DNA from: the human T2T-CHM13v2.0 reference genome, Homo sapiens | Length of the DNA: 64,000 bases | NCBI RefSeq assembly: GCF_009914755.1 | Contig: NC_060928.1 | Strand: one strand, 5' to 3' | Shown: positions 36,748 to 50,935 of the stretch, one piece after another | How the letters are laid out: each line of letters begins with the position of its first letter | How positions within the stretch are numbered: the stretch's first letter is position 1 | The notes under the pieces: model-generated | What the model was told of the DNA's origin: nothing | Seen by the model: the letters and a program-made list of their open reading frames with translations, nothing else | Databases searched by the model: none | Program-made: the position numbers and the translations under genes

Positions 36748-37954
36748 TTAGCCAGGAAACTTGTTAGTCTCACTGGTTGCAAGTAGCAAAGACTTGCAGA
36801 GTTCTTTAGGGCAGATGGTTCATTTATTCTGGGAAAGCCAACCAAATGGTGAATGTAAAGCGAAGATCATTTTCTGAAATATGTGGTTTTAAGTTGTTAC
36901 ACTGTCTTGGAGAAAATGATGTAAAAAAGAAAAAAATTGAGTTACAGCCAGGGACCATCTCTGCAGGCTAGGATATTTTGAGAGGAAATATGTCTTAATT
37001 AGGAAGGGACAAAGAACATGTCATAGTGTTCATTTCCCTCGGCTTCTTCAGACCAGATTTTGATCGCTTGTGGTTAGTGAGTCAGAGGTAAGGATGAGAA
37101 GGGAAAGAAACAAAATATTTTAGCAAAATTTTGAGAGTCTCTGCACACAAGTTGTGCTGATTAAGGCTCAAGTGAGAAAACAGCCCAGAATTAGGGAGAG
37201 GCAAGTCTCTCCTTCCTCTGCAGGGAAACCAGCATCACTTTAGATTTTAGAGGGTTTTTAAACATTCTGTTTTCTGATTATTTTGATATATAGGAAGGCT
37301 ACTTTCATGTATGTATTTTTGTATCTATAAACTCTGTTAAACATATATTATTTCTAATGGCCCTTGTTAAATTTGCTGCATTGTTTAGGTGTATAGTTTT
37401 ATTATCTTCAAGAATGATAGCTTAGCCTCCTCCTATCCATCAGCTACATCTGTTATTGTTTGTTTCCTGCCTTATCATATATAAATTATTTTACCATTAT
37501 TTAAGAATGATTTAAAAAGTTTTGCATTTTTAATCTACTACAGTAAGAATGACTTTGAAAACTGAGCAATTAACAGCCCAACGAATAGCTAAAAATCTTT
37601 TGTGGTAACTTACATATAATGTAATGATACACTGGGAATGCCTTTGTAATCCTGTGATGAAAACAATGGGAAAGAAGGCCTGTGAAGTTGTATCAGTCAG
37701 TGATATTTCAGTTGAATACATTAATGAAGATAATGGAAGGTAAGCACCATAATTTGACTGCAAGACTTCAAATGTGAGATAACACCAAGAAAGTATTAAC
37801 CACCTCAGTCAGCATTCAGTTAAGAAAATAGCATCAGGTAGAGATTTAAGACAAGAAATTAAAGTCTTAAAGAGCCATTTAAAGAACTGTAAAGAATCTA
37901 TACATGAGATCATATTGTATTCAACTATACTGAACTATGCAACACACAAGTAAA

Positions 37955-38155
37955 TCTACATAAAAACTGGTAAAAACTGAAGAAGGTCTGTAGTCTGCCT
38001 AATACTATTGTACTCATGTCGATTTTTTTTAATTCTATGATTATTATAGTGATATAAGATGTCACCATTTGAAGAGGCTAGGGTATTTTTGTAAATTTTT
38101 TTGTAACCTCTTATGAGTCTATAAATATTTCTAAATAAAAAATAATTGTTTAAAA
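37955..38155 (+). mobile_element. Old L1M 3' end fragment
   Basis: tataagatgtcaccatttgaagaggct...ttttgtaacctcttatgagtctataaatatttctaaataaaa. Confidence 0.65.
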
Positions 38156-39414
38156 GGGGTTCATGGGACCAACAACTGGCGAAAAAAAGCATTCTGTTTG
38201 GCTATAAACTGAGAAGAACAAGCTTGCTGGGAAGCCATAGGAAAGTGTGAGATTCTAGGATCTCACCCAGAAGTTCCTGCAAACCATACATCAGCTGGCT
38301 GTTTCCACTCTGTAACTGACACCAAAGAATAATGTTCTCTAATTATTTTGTATCTTTCACAACCCTGTGTGTGCCCTCCTTGGCTGGCTGTAATTAGGAA
38401 CTCTGCCTACAAGTGATTCTGGGAAATGTAGTTCCAGGCTTCCAGTCTCTGTTCCCTCAGAGAGAGAGAGAGTGGAAAGGGCCAGGGATGGTGCTGAGTT
38501 GAAAACATACATCCCAACTCACTCATATTCAACAGATACTATAAACTTACATTCTAGCCTTTGAAAGGAGATTATAAGAAGGAAATTAATCAAAACTTTA
38601 GGTTTATAAATAAAAGAAATTTATAAATAGTTCCATTTCCCAGCATGGTTTCTTAGCCTAATATTCTAGTTATCTTCATCCAAAAGAATTTGTAATAAAA
38701 ATATTTTCGTAGGATTTTTTTCCAGTTTATAAAGCAATTCCACATGTACTCTCTCATTGGCCCTCCAAACAATTTTGAGAAATAGATAATAATGGAAACA
38801 CTTAAGATTTATCTGATACTTTCATTTCTACTATCACATTTCCTATTGTAACTCACCAACAAAACTAGGCTTCTTGAGGTTCCCTAAACACAACATGCTG
38901 TCATTCCGTTTCTTTGCACATGTGGTTCCTTCAACTGAAAATGTCTTTCCCTGGTAGGAATTCCTCCTAGTTCCTACACATCTTCACGCCCTGTCCCGTC
39001 AGCTCTTTCTAGGAAGAGACTGAGGCTGTTGGGGTATGAACAGGCAGCTCCATCCTGCAGAGGGCCAGGCTGTGCTGCCCTTGCAGGAACCCAGGCATTG
39101 ACCAGCAGACAGCAGATGCGACCCAAGATCCGCTCCTCAAGCTGCCTCTCTCCACATTAACAACCTCATTCTTGATTAGCCAAACCTAGCAAAATCGACA
39201 GGGGAAGAATGCATTTGGTGGTACACAGAGGGCTTAATAAAGGGGCCTCATTAGACTGTTCTTGGGCGTATGCTTGCTAGTCATACTGCTGCAGAAGAAT
39301 TTTGAAGGGCCTTTCTTCTACTATTTATTTTCCCCGGCTTGCCCCTGTCTAATCCTCCCTTGCTCCTCTGTAGCTTTTCATGTTAGTGTCCTAATGGCTG
39401 GACATATCTTAGTG

Positions 39415-39780
39415 AGCAAAGCATCCCTGGCTTCAGGGAGCTTACAGACTGGTGAGGGAGACAACCATTATGCAAATTATCTTAGAAATATATACCTATT
39501 GCTATAACCACTACAATAATAAAATGACACTTATGACATCCTATGAAAGGAGAAAAAATTATAAAGGGGAAGTGTAGGACAGTATAAGAGAATATAGCGA
39601 GGAAGAGCAAGGGTGCGGAGGGTCAGATTAAAGAAAACATCCCGGGGAAGAAGCATGTGAGTTCAGTTTGAACTAATGAAGGGACTTATTAACATGAAGG
39701 GGGCTGGGAGGGATGCAGGAAGAGAACATTCCAGGCAAACTCTCTACAGCTGTCAATCTAAGCTCAGTGGGCACATGGAG
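39415..39780 (-). mobile_element. L2 fragment
   Basis: ttcagggagcttacagactggtgagggagaca...agagaacattccaggca. Confidence 0.55.
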
Positions 39781-40096
39781 GGAATCCCCATGGCTTCCTT
39801 CTCATGGTGCTCTGGGTAACAATGTCTTGCCTCCAGGCAACTCAATAGGAAAGAGTAGGAAAGGAAAGGAAAGGGTCACAGCTCAGAATCTCGGAGAAAA
39901 GAGGAGGTGGAGGCAGAATGTGTCATGAGGGGAGCAGGGTTCTTGTCGTCATGGTTTACATTTGGTCACTGCTGCTTACTAGCTTTGTGACCTTAGAAAA
40001 GTCACTACCAAGATATCAATGTTGTTTTGACAATTCAGTGAGGGAAAAAAAAAGGCTCAATAAGTATTCGTTCCCTTCTTTTACTTCCCGCAGGCT

Positions 40097-40465
40097 TGCT
40101 ATGGACTGAATTGTGTCACCCCAAAATTCATGTGTTGAAGCTTTAACCCCTATTACGGCTTTATCAGGAGATAGAGGCGTTCATAGCTAATCCAACTTAA
40201 ATGAGGTCATAGGATGGGTCCATAATCCAATAGGACTATGGTCTCTTAAGAAAAGGAAGAGAAAGATCTCCCTCTGCCCACCATATGAGGACACAGAAGG
40301 GAGGCAGCCATCTGCAAGTCAAGAAGAGAAGCCTCACCAGAATCCAACCACGCTGGCACCCAGATCTCAGACTTCCAGACTCCAGAACTGTGAGAAAATA
40401 CATTTCTGTTGTTTATGCCACCCAGTCTATGGTATTTTGTTATGGCAGCCCAAGCAAGACTCTAC
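40097..40465 (+). mobile_element. MLT1A-type MaLR solo LTR
   Basis: tgctatggactgaattgtgtcaccccaaaattcatgtgttgaag...gacttccagactccagaactgtgagaaaatacatttctgttgtttatgccacccagtctatggtattttgttatggcagccc. Confidence 0.9.
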
Positions 40466-40971
40466 TAGAAAATTCTTCTTACAGATGATAGAGTGCAAAT
40501 CTTAAATAACATTCAAATAATAAATTAATAAAAGGGTAAGATAGTGAATGGAACCATAAAATATGAGTTGGACTTGTGACTTGATCATTTTCAAGGGGGC
40601 GCTGATCTTGATTCATTTGATCTTTGTTCATGGCTACTTCAAAAATAAAGACATTCCCATTTGTGTCAAGATACCGTGGATGCCTTTCTGTGTGACTGAA
40701 CAAAATATTTTCTCTTTGTTCTTCATTCTTAACATTACATGAAAAATGGAAGGACAATTTGAGTCCTAAGAAAGAAAACCAATAGCAGCAAGCATGGGAG
40801 ACAAGTACCAAGAGGTGGATAACAAGGGAAAAAAGATGAAATACACTCCTAAAAGGAAAAGGGGGAAAAAAAGTCAAGGCAGAACCCAGGAGCCCTGGCA
40901 CCTAGTGGTGTCAGCCAATGACACAGATGAAATGGGCAATGGTAGTTGCACATCCCGCTGGAAAATACCAC

Positions 40972-41376
40972 TGTCTCAGCCCATTAGTACTGCTATAACA
41001 AAATACCACAGACTAAGTAATTTATAAACAACAGAAATTTATTTCTGACAGTTCTAGAGGCTGGGATATCCAAGATCAAGGTGCCAACAGGTTTAAGGCC
41101 TGGTGAGGGCTCTGTCTCTGCTTCCAAGATGGCACCTTGTTGCTAAGTCCTCCAGAGGGACAAATGCTATGTCCACACATGACAGAAGGGTAGAGGGCAA
41201 AAAGGGCTTAGCTATCTCCTTCCAGCCCTTGTACAAGGTCATGAATCCCATTCACGAGAGCCCTGCCATTGTGACCTAATGACCTCCTAAATGCTCCACC
41301 TCTTAATATTATCACATTGGATCTTAGGTTCCAACGTATGAATTTGTGGGGAAACACGTATATTCAAACCATGGCA
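40972..41376 (-). mobile_element. MSTC/MSTD-like MaLR solo LTR
   Basis: tgctataacaaaataccacagact...ccaagatcaaggtgcca...cattcacgag...attcaaaccatggca. Flanks accac/actac are compatible with a 5-bp TSD. Confidence 0.85.
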
Positions 41377-42379
41377 ACTACTTTATAGTTTCAAAGCCTA
41401 AAACATTGCAAAGCACTATCTTGATAAACACCTCATTTGATTCTAACCACAACAAAATGAGGTAAGTGCAATGGGACAGGGATCACATACCCAGTGAGTC
41501 AACTGTGTTTTGGAACGTTTAAATGACTCCACAGGGCTCCCTTGGCTGTTAAGTGTTCCAGGCAGTGGCCAAGCCTTGATTTTCTATTTCTAGATCTAGT
41601 GTTCTTTCTGAGGCACATGTTAAGATATGCTGTATATGCTGTATACCCTTTCATCTAATCTTGACCTGGATTTCCAAGGTAAAATTTTCTCCATATTCTA
41701 TCTCATTTCCTGGCCACTATACTCCTCCTTCTCCATCCAAAAGTCACTCAATGGTTTCTTTCAGTCAGAAAATAACACCGAATGGAAAATGAGAATGGAA
41801 AGGAGAAGAGAAGCATGTAAATGGGGCTGTGACGACAAAATTTCATCTTAGGATACAATTGCTTTCATCCTGGACAAAATGCTTTCAGAGAGATTACCAC
41901 ATTGTATGACCAAGCAAGGGTTACTATTACGATTTTCATTCTGCAGCTGTGAAAATCAAGACTCAGAAACATTAAGGGCCATGTCCAGTGATAGGTATCT
42001 TAAAAGATCGAGAGTCAGATCTCCAGCCCTTGCATCTGCCTCCACCTCCCTACAGTGGACACAGCACTGGCTTGACAGTCGGCTCTTAGGTTCCTGTCCT
42101 TCCACTAACTAGCTGTGTGATGCTGGTCAAGTCTTGTAAGCCCTGGGCATCGTTTCTTTCTACTGTCAACCGAAGGGGCTGGGCTGCTTGGTCTCTAAGA
42201 ACATCCTGTAAAGTAGCTGATAAGAAAGAAATTGCAACTGCTGGTCTTTGAAGACCAGTCAGAGGTGCCCTGATCTCTCCCAGCACAACAATGAGAAGGT
42301 GTTCAGCTAATATCACACTTTTAGAAAAAATATTGTCCAGACTCACTGTGCTATTTCCCAAATATGATTTGGGGAGCGA

Positions 42380-42704
42380 GCCAACAGATAAAGAAGGATA
42401 TTTATTTTTGTTTGTAATGTCGACGTCTTCTTTCGGGCTCGATCAAACAATCAGGAGATCTGTGTAGGCCACAGCGTCATTGCACGCCGGGGTCCTTGCC
42501 CGCTCCCTCTCTCTGCCACCGCTCAAAGCCTGGGAGAACGCTTTTGAAAGCGAATCAGGAAATTACTTATCAATCTGAAGCCCCAAAGAATTATGAATAA
42601 TCCTCGCTGCCAAAGGGAAGGGGATTTTGAGCAAAAGCTCCACATCTGCGCACACTAGAGTTCAAAGACTCCAGCTGTTGGAAGGTCTTGTGAGCAATGT
42701 AAGT
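42380..42704 (+). promoter_or_regulatory. Candidate promoter/first exon B, ending at splice donor AAT|gtaagt (42698|42699)
   Basis: Local CpG cluster ~42420-42650 in repeat-free DNA. Half-CRE CGTCA 42475-42479, SOX-like AACAAT 42446-42451, TTATCAAT 42567-42574, and a perfect intronic GTAAGT. Confidence 0.55.
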
Positions 42705-44319
42705 AAACAGCCCTCTCTCCATTGATAAACGTCTTCAGGCTTTTTTTCCTTAGAAAGGCGTCTTTTGGCTCATGTTGGTGTTTCTCTCTCTCTCTCTCTC
42801 TTTTTTTTTATGATGTTCAGGGGTGTTTACCGACTGGGGCTTAGTCAATAACACAACTCCTCTGGGGGTTGCTTCTGCTGAACAAGAGAGGGAAAGCGAA
42901 AGTCGTCAGAATCGGCTTTGCTTGGGAAGGGTTAGTTTTGAAAAGCCCTTCCTTGCCAATTATGCTCCTTCATAGCTATAGATCCATACTCAAGAGGAGT
43001 GTGAGGCTGACACCGACACTCGCGGGGGCAAGCAGAAGTGTCTCTGTAACCCTACTCTGAAAAACAGAATTGTCATCGTGTCCATTCCTACATAATTCAC
43101 ATTGAAGGTGCTTTCTTCATTTTGATACACTGTAGGATTTTAGTAGAGGAAAAAGAAAGCATTAAAGTGAATATTGTTCTGTGGAGATTTCCTTATAGTG
43201 GCATAAATTCTGTGTTCAATTTAGCATTCATTAAGGGTGTTGATTTATTTACTGTCTATTTTATTATTAAACGAATGTGCTTACCACTCCACTTGGCCAT
43301 GGGAGGATAATGCAATCATTGCAATATGGAAGCAGAAATATCTAAATTGTGTTGGTAAAACTATGAGTTTGCATTAATAGTAATTCTATAAATGGAATGC
43401 ATAATTTCATAAATGATGCATTGTACTGGGGTACATTTCTTTTATAAGTATTTCAAATCAAATTGTGGGTAATGACTGGGAAGTAGTTAAAAGAAATACA
43501 ACAAACTTGAACGGAATCGTTTTGTTTGGATCAGCCTTTGTCCTCAGGAACTTGAATGTCCATTTTGCAAGTCCCTCATCATGAATTCTATGGCTGCAAG
43601 GAACATATGTCCCGAGTCCTCACACTCTGTCTTATCATCAGACTATGTATCTCCCAATTTGTTCTGATTCATGATTTCAATAAGACCCCACACCCTCAGC
43701 CTGGGTTGTGTTCCCCCAACTCACTGGAAAGCTCCTCCAAAATAAATAATAATTGCCCTTAACTCTAGTTGACATCTGACTTCCTTTCCTCTCTTTGAGT
43801 AATTTTGGTGTGTACTTCCACATCCTGTACTGTTAAGACGGGTTTCATTTCCAGTATGTCAGTCATTGTCAGCACACACATAAGCTGCTTCCAAGAGTCG
43901 AAAGGCTCTAGGTTACTGTACATTTATAACAGCAATTTTCTATGTAGCCCTTTCTCAAGCAACTCATCTATACTTTTATTCTAAGGTGATCTGTAACCTT
44001 TCACCTTTACCTAATAAACAGATAGTATGTGCCTAATGTGCTGAAAGCAATAAAAACCAAATGTGACACAATGTTCCCCTTCTTGTATAAACATGTCTGT
44101 AGTTTTTATGCAGCCCAAGTGCACTTTTGTGTTCACGGGCAATAGCTAAATAGGGTTGAACACTGACTGTCTGAGCTGTGCAGTGGACTGCGTAACGAAA
44201 TAGAAGGATGAAGTTTGTAATGTGAAAGTAAGTTATTCAAATTTGGGGAAATATTTACTGAGCATTTGTCGTGTGCTGGGCCCTTCCTAAACATGCCTTG
44301 TGCACTCGTGGGAGCAGCA

Positions 44320-44860
44320 GGCTCACTAGTAAGGTGTAGAGACTCTGAAGCAGAGTTCCTGGAGACACAAACCAGATTGGCATCTGTGTGAATCTGGGTT
44401 GGGTTACTTAACTCCTCTGTGCCTCAGTTCCCTTACAATAAAATAGAGCTCATAACAGCAGGGTTCATGTAAAGTTTGAGAGTTGATATAGACAAAGTAT
44501 TGTTTTTGTCTCTTTCATATATGAGAAAACCAAGGCTAGCGAGGTTTACTTGCCTACAATTACACAGGTAATGATGGCTGGCAGGGCTGGGATTTGGAAG
44601 TAAATGAGTGTTTTAATCATAATAGAGAAAGTCCACATTTTAAACCACAGCCTCCTGCCCTTTTGTTGTTGGATTCTTTCTTCTGCATTCCTTTATCCAG
44701 TTCTTACAATGGCCTTCTAAATAAACATTATTGACTGTGATGATTTCAGACGAGTAAACTGAAGCTCAAAGACATGAAGTGACTCATCCAAAGTCACATA
44801 CCTAGAAATTAGCAGCACTGATGTCTGAACACAGGTTTTCAAATTCCAAGTTTTGTGCAT
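44320..44860. mobile_element. Cluster of MIR fragments in both orientations
   Basis: ttacttaactcctctgtgcctcagttccctta (+); atgagaaaaccaaggct and gagtaaactgaagctcaaaga...aagtgactcatccaaagtcaca (-). Confidence 0.7.
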
Positions 44861-45839
44861 ATTTTTTCTTTCTCTTGCCAATCTGTGAATGAATGGGTCA
44901 GGCCCACACCTGCCCTTTGGGGAAGAGTGAAATAAATAACAATGCTAATGGTCACCATCAATTAAGCCCTCACTCTGTGCTTGGCACAGAATCTCTTTAA
45001 TTAAAGTAGGTCCCTGTGCCCCTTTGTTAATAAATTATCTAGATGATTCTGGTATATACTAAAGTTTGACAGTTCTATAATCTGGGACAAAATGGAAATT
45101 GTTATATCCAATATGACCTAACCTGAAGAAGGTGAAAAGTCCTGATAGAGATGAGAAATTTGACATTTTCCCCAACTCAAATTTGTGGATTACCCTGTGG
45201 TCAGAATCAACACTATTTCAGGGTTATTTCCTATCTTGTTGATACCCCCGTGCTTTCTTCAACTTTTGGCCCATGTCATCTGAACTTTCTATCATCTTTG
45301 ATTGCATCAGGTTTCAATCATCAGCAGATGGGTGGATTTCTTTCTCTGGTAGGCTTTTCATGGCAAATTTGTGCAACTCAATAGGATTCATCATCAAATT
45401 GAAATAAAGCTATAATATCTATGAGAAATTTACTCAGTAAATTTTATACAGAGAAGCACCAGCAACATAGAGTATTTGCTGTGTTGAATATAATATCTTC
45501 AAGTTGGTTTCTCTGAAAACTATAGTGCCCAGACAGATATAAGCCAACAGGGGATGCCAAACACAAACTTGGTGTACTGGGAACTTTAGATGCCTGGGAA
45601 GAGGTCATGGAAAGGGTGGTGGAGCAGGAAGCATTGAACACTGAAAATCATTTCTTGTGATGTCATGACTTGAAGCAAAATATCCCTGACTTTCAATTCT
45701 GGCTTCTCCACTTTCTAACTGCAAGGCTCCAAGCACATCACTTACCTCTTAGTTTATGTAACACACATAAACAACTTAGCACCGCAACTAGCATAATAGA
45801 TACCTAAGAAACAAGAGTTCCTTTCCTCTTTAGCTCTGG

Positions 45840-46140
45840 TCCATTCAATCCACAAATTTGCACTGAGGACTTATATGTCCTAAACATTATTTTAGATATA
45901 ATAGTGAACAAGAGCCAAAGTCCCTGCCTTTGTGGAGCTTGCACTTTACAGGAGACAAACCACAGAATCATAAACCAGAATGTAACTTCAGAAATTGAAA
46001 AGTGGTATGAATAAAATAAAACAGAATAACAAGACACAGTGACTAGGTGCCAGGAAGGAGCTAATTCTTTAGCTAACATGGTCAAGGACCACCTCATTAA
46101 GGGAGGGGCATTTAGCTCAAAGCTGAATCATAAGAAAGAC
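45840..46140 (-). mobile_element. L2 3' region
   Basis: cattcaatccacaaattt...agtgaacaagagccaaagtccctgcctttgtggagcttgcactt. Confidence 0.75.
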
Positions 46141-47359
46141 AAAACGAAACAAAGCCATGATTAAGTAAGCCACTGACTAACCATGGGACACTAGACAAGT
46201 CACTGAAGCTCTTTTTAAGCCTGTTTCATCACCTATTAACTGCACAGCTGGAGTAAATCTATGGGGCTTCTCTAGACTCTGCTCAGAAAACTCTGCTTTG
46301 GAATTTTCTTTCTCTTTCTTAGTATCATATGCCATAAGTAATTGTATGAAAAGAAGAAAGAAAAAAATCTCTGAACCAAACTATATTACAGTAGCTGTTT
46401 CATTCTTTCATTCAATGTTCTGGGCTTTTTCAACATGTTCTTCCTCATCACAGACAAACTAGTATGTCCTAAGTGAATGAAGATTAATTAACAATTTTTT
46501 TAAAAGCTCATATCATCACAATTCCTAGGGATTACATTGTTGGAGGAGATAAGAACCACCACATGGCAGATTTTTAGGAATTAATTGTGAGGCTTCACAA
46601 TTACTTCCTGTGTGGCTTCAAGTCTGAAATTGTGCATATGTTAGTGGAGTCAACGTCCAAAGCTGCCAGAAGTCAGTCAATCCAACACTCTATTAGCCAA
46701 GAACTAATAGAGTGTACAGCTTTTAAAAACAATCCAGGGTCTGAAATGTTCCTTTTCTTAAAATGGCACAGCAGATCACTTGGGTCTAAGTTAGTGGCCT
46801 ACTCAAAATGAAGATCACCATTCAGAGAACTTGCACCAGAGAAGTAAACTTTGTCTTTCAATTAGCCTAATAATTGTGGCCAAATCCTTGGCTGTAACAA
46901 TCCAAATGATTGTCTCATTACTCCATTTTGTCTTTGTCACCATAGTGACCTCAATGCAACCTAGAATGAGTATTTGGTGTGTATAGCAAAATAGAATATA
47001 TGGGTCAATATTTTCAATTTTCAAGTACTGTTATTTTTTGCTTACTTTATAAAACTGCAATTCCCCAGAATGCAAAGCACATTTTTTTAATATAATTTTT
47101 TTGTAAACAAGTTCCCGAGTTAAGATTCAAGGACTGAAAAATAAGAGTAAAGAGGATGGGATTAGGAAATTGGAGTTAATTTGCCTGTAGTGAAGAAAGT
47201 TATGGAGCAATTCATGATGCTTCTTGGGATCCGACACAATTTCAACCAGAGAATAGTGGTAAGTTGTTGTCCAGTCGACAGAGAAGGGGAAAAAAGAACT
47301 GCTTTCGAACACTTACTTTTATGACAAATAATATTCCCAACATTTTACATATATTAGCT

Positions 47360-47535
47360 CTGAACCATAACTTCAGGGATTATAGTGTAGCTATTACTTT
47401 GCTTATTTTACAGATAAGGAAATGAAGCTTAGTGATGTTAAATAACAAGGAAGTTCATCAACTAGCAAGCAGCAAAGCCGCAAGTCAACCCAGGACTGCT
47501 GGACTCCACAACCTGCTAACTTTCCACTCTGTCAC
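47360..47535 (-). mobile_element. MIR
   Basis: attttacagataaggaaatgaagcttagtgatgttaaataac...aacccaggactgctggactcca. Confidence 0.7.
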
Positions 47536-48149
47536 TCTGCTTTAGAAAAATAAGGGGCTTTTTTTTAACCCACATGCAATACAAATTCTATTTCAGCAAA
47601 GGAAGAATTTACTACGAGTTTTTAAATGTTGACATGGTCTCCTTAGGGAAGAGGCTGTGGAATTGTCTTCTTTGGAGGTCTATTAAAACCAGATCAGTTA
47701 TCATATATGTCTGGTATGACTTCAGTGTGGTCCTTCCCCAAGGTGAAAAGAGACAAAATGATTCCTCAAGTTCCTTTCTAAACTTTCCAATCAAAGGCCA
47801 AGTCTACATCCATGCAAGGCAAAATGGTGGGGACATGTTGAGTCCAGCTGTCCTATTCTTCTTCCCCTAACCCAGGCCGATTACGTTGGTTGAAGTGATG
47901 TCCAGATTGTCTGGAAGGGCCACAGTTGCTTGGATCATACCATGTGGGCCATTCTTCCATAACCAGGGAGTGGACCCAACTCTGTTGCAGTTAATGCCCA
48001 ACAAAATGAATATCTTTCCAATGAATCTGTTGTCTAATTCAAAGGCTATACTTTCAGTGTTTGCAAACTACAAATTGGGACAAAAGCTGGCATGAAAATT
48101 GAACTGTGTTAGAAAATAGGAATACCTTTTAAAATTCTGGCTATTAAGT

Positions 48150-48928
<779 letters not shown>

Positions 48929-49064
48929 TCAACAAACCATACTTGTCAAAATATGCCATAAATTCCTATTTCTGAAAACAATAAATATAGAATTTAATAT
49001 ATAAATTGGACTATATTACATAAACATTTACTAGCTGTATCTCTTTTAATATTTAAAAATTATT

Positions 49065-49365
49065 GGCCAGGCACGGTGGCTCACACCTGTAATGCCAGCA
49101 CTTTGGGAGGCTGAGGGAGGTGGATCACGAGGTCAGAAGATCAAGACAATCCTGGCTAACACAGTGAAACCCTGTCTCTACCAAAAATACAAAAAATTAG
49201 CCAGGCATGGTGGTGGGTGCCTGTAGTCCCAGCTACTCGGGAGGCTGAGGCAGGAGAATGTCGTGAACCTGGGAGGCAGAGCTTGCTGTGAGCAGAGCAG
49301 AGATGGCGCCACTGCACTCAAGCCTGGGCAACAGTGTGAGACTCCATCTCAAAAAAAAAAAAAAA
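49065..49365 (+). mobile_element. AluY/Sc-type, full length
   Basis: ggatcacgaggtcag, atcctggctaac, gagaatg.cgtgaacc and gagcttgc diagnostics. A15 tail. TSD-like aaaaatt on both sides. Confidence 0.97.
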
Positions 49366-49469
49366 TTGTGAACATGGAAATATTTTCTTAAAAAGTGAAA
49401 AGGGGAAGATAGGAACAAAATTCTTCCTGAAGTAGATAAAATGGGAAAAACATGAGTTTGGGTGCACAT

Positions 49470-49660
49470 ATCAAAGTCTGAATTCCAGCTGTGCACTTAA
49501 TTAGGTATGGGACGTCTCTGGACTACAGGTTCTTCATATTTAAAATAAGAGCAATAGTAGCTACCCATAGAATTTCTTTATAAATAAATAAGATATATAA
49601 ATTGTTTATATGCCGTATAAAGAGGCTAGCATGAACTAGACATTCAGGAAATGGTAATTC
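49470..49660 (+). mobile_element. MIR
   Basis: tctgaattccagctgtgcactta...ttcttcatatttaaaataagagcaatagtagctacccatag. Confidence 0.6.
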
Positions 49661-50844
49661 TCTTCTCCCTTGCTTTGCACCTTTTATTCAGCAAGTGCAT
49701 AATGGAACGCAACTTCATGGAACCCAACTCAGACAGGATTGACAGTTGAAGAACCAACTCTTTAATTGTGAGAAATTAAAACAAATCTACTGAATGGTGT
49801 GTAGCCTTTCTCTATCAGTGCATGCCAAGATTCTTTCATTTGGGGCTTCATCACATTATCTTAGCAAACCAGACAAAAATGTCTAAGCAATTTCATTTTC
49901 CAAGCTGCATCGTATGTTTCAAAGTGCCATCTGTTTGTAACTTGTTACAAAATAGAGTCAACAGAGCCATTTGGTGACATTTTAAAAAGTGACTTCAGTG
50001 TTTGTTTCCAAGGGATATAATTCCCAGAATTTGTGCAATTTGTTCTGTGTCGCTGTGATGTGAAATAAAGCCTTCACAGAGGCTCTCAGCTGTTTCAATA
50101 CATTATCCTCATCTTAACCCGTGAAGCCAGGTTTCAAATGTGGTTTTCTTTCCATTTTAATTATCTCCCCATGTCACTGTGACCTTTCCAGTCAAAGATT
50201 TAAAGCTTGTCACCTCATAGTCACCATTGCAAAATTAAAAAGAGGAAAATCACAAACAAAAAAAAGAGCCTACAGATTTGCATAGCCAAAATCTATTCAT
50301 TAGCCAAAAACTCATTTCTGCAAGATGATAAAGCAAAAAAAAAAAAATTCTAGAACACAATTCAAAGCCGTGGGTTCTTGTTCACGAATGAATGCTGCAA
50401 CCTTCAGCAAACTACCATTTAACCTTATTCTCTCTCTTTCCTTACCTGGAAAAAAGAATTAACATACCTGTCCCACCCATCTCACCTGGTCAATATGTAG
50501 ATTGTTGAGATAATGCATTAGAAGCCCCATTCAAAACAATGCATGATATACTCAGGCCTATTTTGGTATTTCCTATCTATTGTAGTACAGTTTGCATCAT
50601 ATTGTTACACATGATGAATCCCATACCCTTCTCAAACTCCCATCTGATTTGTCTCCTTATTTTTACAGCCAGACTTTCTTAAAAAAAGCCACTGCTCTTG
50701 CTTCACTGTTTCCCTTCCATACTGTTAATCTAACCTTAGTTGATTCTTCCTGGATCCTACTTGATTCCAGCTGTTCGGACTAAGTATCCAGCTCTCGGCA
50801 GGCTCACCACATTTCCTGGCCCAAGTGCCGCCAAAGTCATTACA

Positions 50845-50935
50845 TGTTCATTGAACAAATACTTATTAGTGCTTACCAAATCGGAGGTGATCAAAACAGA
50901 CAAAAATCCCTGCCCTCTTACAGAAAACATTTTAT
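50845..50935 (-). mobile_element. L2 3' end
   Basis: ttcattgaacaaatacttattagtgctta...aaaacagacaaaaatccctgccctc. Confidence 0.7.

Noticed and set aside
7500-42704. Naming the host gene
   Set aside because: No coding exon is present and I do not confidently recognise the candidate 5' exons. A BLAT search would settle it.
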